Positions 9,083 to 16,598 of a DNA stretch of 53,216 nt are shown here, piece after piece. The stretch is from an uncultured Thermotogae bacterium. Lineage in GTDB: Bacteria > Bipolaricaulota > Bipolaricaulia > UBA7950 > UBA9294. A program made the position numbers and the translations under genes. Each line of letters starts with the position of its first letter. Positions within the stretch are counted from its first letter, which is position 1. The DNA is taken from the NCBI GenBank assembly GCA_964550615.1, contig CAZKAB010000008.1, positions 1 through 53,216 on the forward strand, given 5' to 3'. The notes beneath the pieces were generated by a model that made no database searches, was not told the origin of the DNA, and worked only from the letters and a program-made list of their open reading frames with translations.

Positions 9083-9883
9083 GTGAACGATAAGAAGACA
9101 ATACTGATCACGAATGATGATGGGATTAACGCGCGCGGCTTGGTGGCACTCAAGGAAGAGCTTGATCGAGTGGCGTACGTGGAGGTGTATGCGCCGGATC
9201 GTAATTGGTCCGCTGCTAGTCGGACGATGACGTTTCACAAGCCGTTGCGGGTCGATCGCGTGCGCCTGTTGAACGGAAGCATCGGCCACATGACGAGCGG
9301 CACGCCGTCGGATTGCGTCTCTCTGGCTGTTCTTGGTCTACTCAAGGAGAAGCCCGATTTGGTCGTTTCAGGAATCAACGCCGGCCTCAATCTCGGTGAG
9401 GATGTCACCTACTCGGGAACGGTCGCGGCGGCGATGCAAGGTGCCCGTGCTGGAATTCCGGCGGTAGCCATGTCTATGGACATCGACGTTGAGGGACCGG
9501 AGGCACCCGACTACTCGCAGGCGGCAAACTTCGCAGCGCGACTGGCATCATTCATGCTGGAGTCCGATCCGCTTCCGGCAGGAGTGTTGCTCAATGTCAA
9601 TGTCCCCAGCCTATCGCGCGAGCGCCCACCTGAGGTGCGTCTCACACGCCTTGGAGGACTCGTGTACAAGAATTACCTGGTACATGGGAAGGATCCACGT
9701 GGCAGGAGTTACTACTGGATCACCGGTGAGCCGCGGACGAACCTGCCGCAGGAAGAGGAAGGAACCGACATCTGGGCGATCACGAACGGGTTCATCTCGA
9801 TTACGCCGATCCATCTCGACATGACCGATCAGCCGCTGCTCGACAAGTTGAAGGAGTGGGAGGAGCGCCCCTGGTTTGCGTGA
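9083..9883 (+). CDS. surE: 5'/3'-nucleotidase SurE
   Basis: ILITNDDGINARG, SGTPSDCV, VVSGINAGLNLG, YSGTVAAA, ISITPIHLDMT. Confidence 0.97.
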   Translation: MNDKKTILITNDDGINARGLVALKEELDRVAYVEVYAPDRNWSAASRTMTFHKPLRVDRVRLLNGSIGHMTSGTPSDCVSLAVLGLLKEKPDLVVSGINAGLNLGEDVTYSGTVAAAMQGARAGIPAVAMSMDIDVEGPEAPDYSQAANFAARLASFMLESDPLPAGVLLNVNVPSLSRERPPEVRLTRLGGLVYKNYLVHGKDPRGRSYYWITGEPRTNLPQEEEGTDIWAITNGFISITPIHLDMTDQPLLDKLKEWEERPWFA

Positions 9884-9890
9884 GAATAGC

Positions 9891-10166
9891 CTAGGCTTTC
9901 CAAATCGTCCATACGCCGACGATGATGAATAGGCAACCAGCCGTGTAGTGGACTGCGCGAATTGCTCCTTCCGGAATCAGCCGTGACATTACTGCGCCAA
10001 GCACAACGGCAAGAGCGGTAGAGAGGAGAAGAGCGGCTCCTGCCCCGATGAACACGGCCCATGGCGCGTTTGCCTCGGCAGCAAGGCCGAACGCGGCAAG
10101 CTGTGTCTTATCGCCGATCTCGGCCATGAACACGAGTACAAATGTGGAGAGGATCGTTCTGAGCAT
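9891..10166 (-). CDS. TMEM165/GDT1 (UPF0016) family single-repeat membrane protein
   Basis: FMAEIGDKTQLA signature; 3 TM segments; SD GAGGTGA. Confidence 0.9.
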   Translation of the reverse strand: MLRTILSTFVLVFMAEIGDKTQLAAFGLAAEANAPWAVFIGAGAALLLSTALAVVLGAVMSRLIPEGAIRAVHYTAGCLFIIVGVWTIWKA

Positions 10167-10188
10167 GGCTCACCTCCGGAATGTGAGG

Positions 10189-10217
10189 ATTCTACTGTGG
10201 CTGTCTTGCGGCGGCAA
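10189..10217 (-). promoter_or_regulatory. sigma70 promoter for the GDT1-family gene
   Basis: Minus strand TTGCCG (10217-10212), 17 nt, TAGAAT (10194-10189). Confidence 0.65.
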
Positions 10218-10230
10218 TCGTTTTCCGGGC

Positions 10231-10259
10231 TTGCCTCGCGTGTTCCTGCCGCATACACT
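10231..10259 (+). promoter_or_regulatory. sigma70 promoter, probably leaderless, for the 10266 ORF and comEA
   Basis: TTGCCT (10231-36), 17 nt, TACACT (10254-59), 6 nt, ATG 10266; no SD. Confidence 0.6.
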
Positions 10260-10265
10260 GCCCGT

Positions 10266-10781
10266 ATGTGGAAGAGAAAACGGTACCAGTTCTTCACAAA
10301 CGTCACGTATCGAACGTGCGGAACCTGTCTTTCCGAACACGGGCGAATCGCGAACCGCTCCGATGCGTTCTTGCAGTGCGACAACGATTGTGAGAGACAT
10401 GTCGTTCCGTTTTTCAGAAGTGAATTGGCGTACCGTCGTCGGCTACAGAAAGAGATGTTTGCGTCTTCCAAGGGGGAGTTGGAGCGGCGACGGCTGTTCA
10501 ATAGCGGGATTGCAGCATTGGGAGGAGATAACGAGCAGGCGCTCAATCTGTTGACGGCGTCGGCCCGCCATGACCTGTACATCCCGGAGGTGGAGCGGCT
10601 GATTGCTGCCAAGGAAGGAGTCTTGCGAGCCGACTCGGACTTACGGAGGAGACTTCTTGCCGTTTTCGCACGCGCTTACTCCGATAAGTTTGGCTGGTAC
10701 CGCTACGAACGATTGCCGGAGCCAATGCGGATTGCGCGTGAAACGGAAGGATTGCGACGCCTGCGGGAGATGTTCGAATGA
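10266..10781 (+). CDS. Hypothetical protein with Cys/His-rich N-terminus and helical C-terminus
   Basis: ORF 10197..10781, start re-set to ATG 10266; TCGTCLSEHG...CDNDCERH; ATGA overlap with comEA. Confidence 0.7.
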   Translation: MWKRKRYQFFTNVTYRTCGTCLSEHGRIANRSDAFLQCDNDCERHVVPFFRSELAYRRRLQKEMFASSKGELERRRLFNSGIAALGGDNEQALNLLTASARHDLYIPEVERLIAAKEGVLRADSDLRRRLLAVFARAYSDKFGWYRYERLPEPMRIARETEGLRRLREMFE

Positions 10782-11155
10782 GATCGCGGTACTCACACGC
10801 TCAGGAGATGGGCCTGGTAGTTCTTGTTGCAATGGGGATCCTGGCAAGCGGCGTCGCCATGTATGTCCCAAGGCTCATCCATCACCATCCGCCGGCCCCT
10901 ATCCCGGCGATTCTGCCAAACGTGCGAGTGATCGTGCCCACGTTTCTTGACTCACCTCCAAAGGTCGATATCAACACCGCCGGCGTTGATGAACTAGCAA
11001 CGCTTCCCGGAATTGGTGACGTGCTGGCGCAGCGGATCATCGCCTATCGGCAAGAACACGGATCGTTTCACACGATTGGTGAGTTGGCGAACGTCAGTGG
11101 CGTTGGCGATAGCGTCATTGCCAAGGTCAGCGCCCTAGTCACATTGGGACAGTAA
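10778..11155 (+). CDS. comEA: ComEA-family helix-hairpin-helix DNA-binding protein
   Basis: N-terminal TM helix; KVDINTAGVDELATLPGIGDVLAQRIIAYRQEHGSF...ELANVSGVG. Confidence 0.88.
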   Translation: MRSRYSHAQEMGLVVLVAMGILASGVAMYVPRLIHHHPPAPIPAILPNVRVIVPTFLDSPPKVDINTAGVDELATLPGIGDVLAQRIIAYRQEHGSFHTIGELANVSGVGDSVIAKVSALVTLGQ

Positions 11156-11315
11156 TCGTCGCATGGCTGCAGTTGGCGGTGTCGTTGGTGGATGCTCTGC
11201 CTGACTCGCAGTGCAGCAAACTGCAGCGTGATTTGTCGAGTACGCTTTGATCCCACTTCTGGCTGTCAGCTTGTTGTTGGCGCCATGAGATCGTCCGATA
11301 AGACCTGTTCGGCGA

Positions 11316-12275
11316 TTAGTAAAATACGCACCGGGTGCGGTGGCGTGATCGAGCCTTGTAGTGACGCCCCTGCCCCCGGTTCCAGAGAATGTAGTCGAGC
11401 TTGTGAGCGCTTGTCTCGCACCCCGAGCGTGTGAGTTCCTCGACGATCAATCCCACTGCGTGTACGGCGCAAGCGCGGATCTCGATCTCTTCTGGAGATC
11501 CCGACACAATCAAGTCTCCTCTCTCAATGCGAGCGACGAGAGCAGAGTCGTATGCCAATATCCCGTCGATGCGCAGCACATGCGGCACGAGGTTATCGGC
11601 GAAGATCGTCAGGCGATCAATATCTTCGAACTTTCCCAGCGACGTTCCGCCGAACGCCAGCGCCAGATCGGCTGCGGTGAGCTGAGCCCGCTTGTAGAAG
11701 GATACGGTCGCTCCATCATACACTGCGGTATCATCGAATAGCGGCATCTGTCGCAGAATCTCGACTAGTCTCGACGAAGATTGCTCCGCGGCAAGGATCA
11801 TATCGACGAATCTTCCGCGGAAGCGGTCAAGCAAGTAGCTGCCCAAGTCGTTGAGCGCCTTGGCGAAGAGGCACATTAGCTCAGCCGCCTCCGGCTGTCC
11901 CATGTCTTGATGAAAGATCTTGGCGCAATCCGCAGGCACTATCTCCGTGAGGGCATGTGCCGAAACCGGTCCGCGTGACGCGAAATGATCGTTCAAGTAT
12001 GATGCGATCGTGAAATAGCCGGACATCCCAGCGCGCTTTCGCAGATGAGGAAAATACCCTGACCCGAAATTGATCGCGTCAAGCGTGATGAGGAACGATG
12101 CCGTGTCTTCCCCGTGGTTCAAGTAATGGCGTGTCGGGTCCAGCACCGGCTCGTCCGATAGCGACTGGGAGAGATGCGCGCCGTACGATGCAATCCCCGC
12201 CGGATTAACGCGAACATGAGTTGCCCTCGCCGCCACGCGCGCACAACTGACGCGTACCTCGTCTAATGGATCCAT
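11316..12275 (-). CDS. Queuosine salvage protein (DUF2419 / QNG1 family)
   Basis: LDAINFGSG, FYKRAQL, LTIFADNLVPHVLRIDGIL, EIEIRA, LDYILWN; SD GGGAG. Confidence 0.88.
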   Translation of the reverse strand: MDPLDEVRVSCARVAARATHVRVNPAGIASYGAHLSQSLSDEPVLDPTRHYLNHGEDTASFLITLDAINFGSGYFPHLRKRAGMSGYFTIASYLNDHFASRGPVSAHALTEIVPADCAKIFHQDMGQPEAAELMCLFAKALNDLGSYLLDRFRGRFVDMILAAEQSSSRLVEILRQMPLFDDTAVYDGATVSFYKRAQLTAADLALAFGGTSLGKFEDIDRLTIFADNLVPHVLRIDGILAYDSALVARIERGDLIVSGSPEEIEIRACAVHAVGLIVEELTRSGCETSAHKLDYILWNRGQGRHYKARSRHRTRCVFY

Positions 12276-12394
12276 ATTCCACTCCCTGTTTAGGATTCAA
12301 GTGTAAGAGCGTATCCATGCGGGAGAGACAGCACAAGCAAGTTGTTTCCCGCGCGTACACTTGTGCGCTATAGTCTTACCGGAGGTGACTATCC

Positions 12395-12811
12395 ATGCGT
12401 AACATGAGATTCATGGCCGTCTTCGTTGTCATCATTGGACTGGTCGCATCGGTTGCCGCAGCTGCTGACGTGGTGCGCTTTACGCTCGCATCTGGGCAAG
12501 ATCTGGTACGGTATCCGGGGATTGTTCCGGTAAGCGAGAGACAGGACGCCGCGCCGCTATACGCCGTGGTCCTTCCCGGAACGAGCCTAGTCGTCATCAT
12601 CCGCCCGCTGACGGAGAGCGAATACGGCTCGTTTCAGGTGCAAGCGATCTCCGCGCAGATGATCGAGCAGCAGATGCTGGTTGCAGCAATAGTGCTGCCG
12701 CTGATGAATGAGAGCGACGTGGCGGCATTGTCAAAGGATCTGGTGGCGCTGCTTGAACGACAAGTGAATGAGATTAGCGGGTTCGACGTATTCACCGTGC
12801 TGGGCAACTAG
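12395..12811 (+). CDS. Hypothetical secreted protein; C-terminal half resembles XkdN-type tail-assembly chaperones
   Basis: Signal peptide ending VAAAA; IIRPLTESEY...AAIVLP...VNEISGFD; SD GGAGGTGA. Confidence 0.6.
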   Translation: MRNMRFMAVFVVIIGLVASVAAAADVVRFTLASGQDLVRYPGIVPVSERQDAAPLYAVVLPGTSLVVIIRPLTESEYGSFQVQAISAQMIEQQMLVAAIVLPLMNESDVAALSKDLVALLERQVNEISGFDVFTVLGN

Positions 12812-13059
12812 CCCCCTCCCACGGGAGGGAAAAGGGCGACCCGATCTCCTTGGTGCAGCTGTTGCTCTGAGGTGGCGACCCTTCCGTTGATGAACACAAG
12901 GTGGATTGCATCTCTCGGGATGGAGAGACTTTCGACGAGTTCGGCTACTTTCGTCTCGCGATCGACGTGCATTGCCGTTGGCTTGCCGGCGGAGATCCCG
13001 GGGACAAGGGCCGCGAGCGTCGCGTACAACAGCAAATCCACCTCAATCTGCTGGATCAT
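12808..13059 (-). CDS. moaD: MoaD/ThiS sulfur carrier protein
   Basis: VFING, GDRVALFPPVGGG C-terminus; downstream of aor. Confidence 0.9.
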   Translation of the reverse strand: MIQQIEVDLLLYATLAALVPGISAGKPTAMHVDRETKVAELVESLSIPRDAIHLVFINGRVATSEQQLHQGDRVALFPPVGGG

Positions 13060-13342
13060 CGCCGTGCTTCGGTTCGAAGTACCACTTGTACAGAAGCTGC
13101 ATATCGTCGGGGAAAAGACCTAGTCGATCGCCGGAGTGAAGTACACGGTCGAGTGAGGAGTATTCTCCGTTGACAAAGACATTTGCGCCCAGATCGGCCC
13201 TGTCAATCCCAATCGCAGCAACAGCAGTCGCGATCGTGTCTCCGTCGTCTATGTCGAGATAGACGATCGATTCTCCGCGAGGGTCGGTATCGGCAGCGAC
13301 GCGACGCAGTTTGCCGTATAGATGGACCTCAATTCGATTCAT
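13043..13342 (-). CDS. MoaD/ThiS-fold protein lacking the C-terminal Gly-Gly
   Basis: IEVHLYGKLR, VFVNG, GDRLGLFP followed by DDMQLLYKWYF... in place of PPVxGG. Confidence 0.75.
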   Translation of the reverse strand: MNRIEVHLYGKLRRVAADTDPRGESIVYLDIDDGDTIATAVAAIGIDRADLGANVFVNGEYSSLDRVLHSGDRLGLFPDDMQLLYKWYFEPKHGDDPAD

Positions 13343-13353
13343 GATTAGGTCCA

Positions 13354-13387
13354 ACGTGCGGCAGGCCGATTCTGGCTTGCCGCACGT
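13354..13387 (-). other. 14-bp stem-loop between aor and the MoaD-like gene
   Basis: acgtgcggcaggcc (13354-67) / ggcttgccgcacgt (13374-87) with one imperfect position, 6-nt loop, no U-tract. Confidence 0.6.
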
Positions 13388-13399
13388 CTGAATACAGAG

Positions 13400-15151
13400 C
13401 TAGCCAAGAATACTGTCCAGATCGTCATTTGAGATGTCCCACACCGCGTTGTGTGGCGGGAGCGGCTCACGGCTCATGAACTCAGGAAGGCGATCGTTTG
13501 CGGCCGTGAATCCGGCGCCGCGGTTAAACGCTTTCTCGATACCGATGATCTCTTTTCCGATTCTGACAACATCGTCGCCGGTCCAATGTGTGCCAAGGAT
13601 TCCGTTGCATTCGTCGACCATTCCATCAAATCCTGACGGAATGTCGAGGATGGCGAATGCAATGAACAGACAGTGGCCGCTCGAATCGATGAATGCGGTC
13701 GCATACTGGAATCCGCGCGTCATTTCCACTTTCTTCTTTTCCAGCGGATCGGCTTCGCCGGCGACGCCGAGGACCTCGGTGGCGATCGTGTAACCGGAGG
13801 TGTGATCGGCTCCCATCGTTGACACGGCATACGTCATTCCGATTCCCTTGATTGCGCGTGGTTCGTACGCAGGCATGTTCTGTCCCTTGACGGCGGGAAC
13901 GCGCTCTACGCCCAGTACACGCCCGGTCGTGACCGCGCCGCTGCCGAGTACGCGCCCAAGCGGGGTCCCTGTACCGATTTCATCAACGAGTTCAAGCGCC
14001 CTCTTCCCGTCACCGAAATTAGCGAGGCCGCCTTCCATTGCCACCGCGATCGTACCCCCGATCTCGATCGTATCGAGGCCGTATTCGTTGCATCTATTGA
14101 TAAGGTCGGCGATTGTATCAAGGTCATCGATTCCGCAATTGGGTCCGAACGCCCAATCGGACTCGTACTCAACGCATGACACATGTTCGCTCCCATCGCG
14201 ACGATACAGGGTGTTCGAGCATTGGATGATGCATCCGGGGCTACAAGCGTGGTTATAGACCTCTTTGCCGGTGCGTTCCTTGTTGATCTCGAAAATCGCC
14301 TCACCGGCGACTTTTGCTGCACCCTCAAACCGGCCGCTGCGGAAATTGCGCGTTGGAAGTCCCCCTGCCTCATTGATTATGTTTACCAGTACTGCCGTTC
14401 CGTACGCGTTCAGCGCTCCCTTTGGCTTGGTGATTGCGTGCGAGGTCAGTGCCTCGGCGAGTTTCTTTCGCCCTTGGTCGAACAACTCCTTGTTTGCGAT
14501 CTCCACGCCGGGGGCGTCGGTGTCGTCTAGAATGATGAACTTCAAGCCCTTGCTCCCCAGTACCGCGCCCATCCCGCCGCGACCCGAATAGCGGGTAGCA
14601 CGGCCTTTCATGTCGTTGAAGCAGACGCCGGCGCTTCCCAGGCGGTATTCGCCCGCCGTGCCGATACCGAGGATAGACGTATGCGACACGTCGCCGTGCT
14701 GGCGGAACAGGCTCTCGTAAGCGCTTCCGAGTTTCATTCCGACATACTCGTCTGCGGGGACGAACTTCACGCCATCCTTGTCGATCTTGATGGTCCAATA
14801 CTTGTCCTTCTCGGCAGGCTTACCCTCGACGATGATTGCCTTGATTCGCAATCGAGCGAGCATGTGGGCGAATGCGGTTCCGGCGTTCGATTCCTTGATT
14901 GTTCCTGTAAGCGGCGATTTTGCGCCCACAGATACGCGTGCGGAAGAGGGGGCAGCGGTCCCGCTGACAATGCCGGCGGCAATCACGACTTTGTTGTTCG
15001 GCCCGAGCGAGTGACACGTGGGTGGCACCTCATCGAAAACGATGCTTGATGTCAGCCAGCGTCCAGCCCTCTGGAGATATTTCTCTGGCACACTCTCAAA
15101 GGTGGCTGCTAGCTCAGTCATGTCGATACGCAAGATACTCTGCACGATCAA
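13400..15151 (-). CDS. aor: Tungsten aldehyde:ferredoxin oxidoreductase family protein
   Basis: GAKSPLTGTIKESNAG, GRGGMGAVLGSKGLK, GGLPTRNF, CSPGCIIQC, EYES, GLDTIE, PAYEPR, GADHT, DRLPEF; TTG/GTG start with SD AGGAG. Confidence 0.93.
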   Translation of the reverse strand: MIVQSILRIDMTELAATFESVPEKYLQRAGRWLTSSIVFDEVPPTCHSLGPNNKVVIAAGIVSGTAAPSSARVSVGAKSPLTGTIKESNAGTAFAHMLARLRIKAIIVEGKPAEKDKYWTIKIDKDGVKFVPADEYVGMKLGSAYESLFRQHGDVSHTSILGIGTAGEYRLGSAGVCFNDMKGRATRYSGRGGMGAVLGSKGLKFIILDDTDAPGVEIANKELFDQGRKKLAEALTSHAITKPKGALNAYGTAVLVNIINEAGGLPTRNFRSGRFEGAAKVAGEAIFEINKERTGKEVYNHACSPGCIIQCSNTLYRRDGSEHVSCVEYESDWAFGPNCGIDDLDTIADLINRCNEYGLDTIEIGGTIAVAMEGGLANFGDGKRALELVDEIGTGTPLGRVLGSGAVTTGRVLGVERVPAVKGQNMPAYEPRAIKGIGMTYAVSTMGADHTSGYTIATEVLGVAGEADPLEKKKVEMTRGFQYATAFIDSSGHCLFIAFAILDIPSGFDGMVDECNGILGTHWTGDDVVRIGKEIIGIEKAFNRGAGFTAANDRLPEFMSREPLPPHNAVWDISNDDLDSILG

Positions 15152-15232
15152 TCAACTCCTTTTGCGCACATTGTGCGTGTCGGTCATCTTGTCAGTTATG
15201 TAGGCGGGATCACGAATTTCCACGCTTGCTTC

Positions 15233-15261
15233 ACTATAGTGCAGAATCGCCGGCAGGACAA
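15233..15261 (-). promoter_or_regulatory. sigma70 promoter for aor
   Basis: Minus strand TTGTCC (15261-56), 17 nt, TATAGT (15238-33). Confidence 0.65.
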
Positions 15262-15342
15262 CCGAAAACACACACACTGCGCCGATAAACGCGACCAGCA
15301 TGAATCGAAAACCTCGAGCTTGCTCCTCTGATCGTCCGATGC

Positions 15343-15371
15343 TTGCTTTGCCGTCCCTGTATAGCTAGAGT
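15343..15371 (+). promoter_or_regulatory. sigma70 promoter for the 15413 gene
   Basis: TTGCTT (15343-48), 17 nt, TAGAGT (15366-71); SD AAGGAGG before ATG 15413. Confidence 0.5.
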
Positions 15372-15412
15372 TAGATGACTAGCGGCACATAACACAGAAA
15401 GGAGGCAGTTAG

Positions 15413-16510
15413 ATGAGAAGGGTGGGGGTATTGTTGGGACTGCTGTTGCTTTTTGGTCTTTCGTTGGGAGTAGAAGCAGTATCTCTGTGCGACTATCACT
15501 CGCCGATGACGGCGCTTACCGATGCTGGGCTTTCGCTTGCCTATCGGTATTTTGATGACGGCGCTACCCCCGGAGTGGATGTCAACGGGGGCAGGATAGC
15601 TGTCGACTACGATCAACTCTTCGATTCTGCCGACATCGGATTCTCGGTCAGTGGAACGACCGAAGTCACGCTTGATCAGTTTGTTCCCACGGGCTGGCTT
15701 GGCCAGGCGGCAGGGACATTCCGTTTCTATTTGGTACCGGATTCTTCCTTCTTCGCGTTCGGAGGCGCGGAGGGGGGCATGTCGCCAGGTTTGGTGGGGC
15801 TTGAGGTTCGAGCGGGGATGGGATACGGGCGCTTCACGGATGTGACGCCGCTCGCCAAGGCGGTAGAGATAGAAGAGGCGCTTGCTAATGAGCGGGCAAT
15901 CACGGAGAGCCTGACATCTGGCGTACTCATGGCCATTGCCAACGAAATTGGCAAGGAGGCGGAGTATGCCACGATCAAGGACTTGGTGGCGAAGATCGAG
16001 ACGTTGATCGAAGGGGCGAGCGGAATCAGCCTCGACGCGCACGCTCTGCTGACGATCGAGGAGATCGTGCTGATGACCGGCGATGATCGCAAGTGCGGCT
16101 GGGCGATCCAGGCGGGAGTCGGATACGAATTGATCGATCCATTCGGCGGAACAAAGGACGTCGTCATCGCTTGCAGCGGGGATGCTGCCTTTGCCTCCAC
16201 TCCCAAGGATCAGTTGGTAGTTCACGCCAGTTTCTCCGGACCGTTCGATATTGTGAACGAAAACACAATGACAGCCTCGGTCACATATGAGTACGAAATG
16301 TCTCAAGACACTCTCCTCACTGCGGATTATGCCTTGCAGCGCGCCAAGCAGGCGGGCGTCGCCGCCAGCATCAGCCACGCGGCGTCTGTCGGCCTTGGTT
16401 TCAATATCGGCGGCGCCGATGTGGGACTTCAGGTTTCTCTCACCAAGGATGCAGCTGATCCCGCGTGGTCAATTGATGTTTCGATCAACGCTGCGATGCA
16501 GCTGTTGTAG
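15413..16510 (+). CDS. Secreted beta-rich envelope protein (possible outer-membrane barrel)
   Basis: Signal peptide; alternating amphipathic strands in the N- and C-terminal parts around a helical insert; strong SD. Confidence 0.6.
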   Translation: MRRVGVLLGLLLLFGLSLGVEAVSLCDYHSPMTALTDAGLSLAYRYFDDGATPGVDVNGGRIAVDYDQLFDSADIGFSVSGTTEVTLDQFVPTGWLGQAAGTFRFYLVPDSSFFAFGGAEGGMSPGLVGLEVRAGMGYGRFTDVTPLAKAVEIEEALANERAITESLTSGVLMAIANEIGKEAEYATIKDLVAKIETLIEGASGISLDAHALLTIEEIVLMTGDDRKCGWAIQAGVGYELIDPFGGTKDVVIACSGDAAFASTPKDQLVVHASFSGPFDIVNENTMTASVTYEYEMSQDTLLTADYALQRAKQAGVAASISHAASVGLGFNIGGADVGLQVSLTKDAADPAWSIDVSINAAMQLL

Positions 16511-16525
16511 AGACGTGTTTCTGCA

Positions 16526-16567
16526 AGTGAAACGCGGATCACCAAAATGAGCGATCCGCGTTTCACT
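16526..16567. terminator. Perfect 15-bp hairpin between convergent genes
   Basis: agtgaaacgcggatc (16526-40) / gatccgcgtttcact (16553-67), 12-nt loop. Confidence 0.7.
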
Positions 16568-16598
16568 GTTCGCGCTGCAATAGCACAGACAGCATCTG

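Noticed and set aside
11156-11315. Small ORFs or ncRNA between comEA and the queuosine-salvage gene
   Set aside because: Only a 5-bp stem (tgcag/ctgca) and motif-free ORFs overlapping neighbours.
15268-15277. (AC)5 tract upstream of the aor -35 as a phase-variation element
   Set aside because: Too short to slip at a useful rate and outside the -35/-10 spacer.
15371-16378. 335-aa antisense ORF opposite the envelope protein
   Set aside because: No motifs, Arg/His-rich shadow composition, fully overlaps a gene with a signal peptide, SD and promoter.
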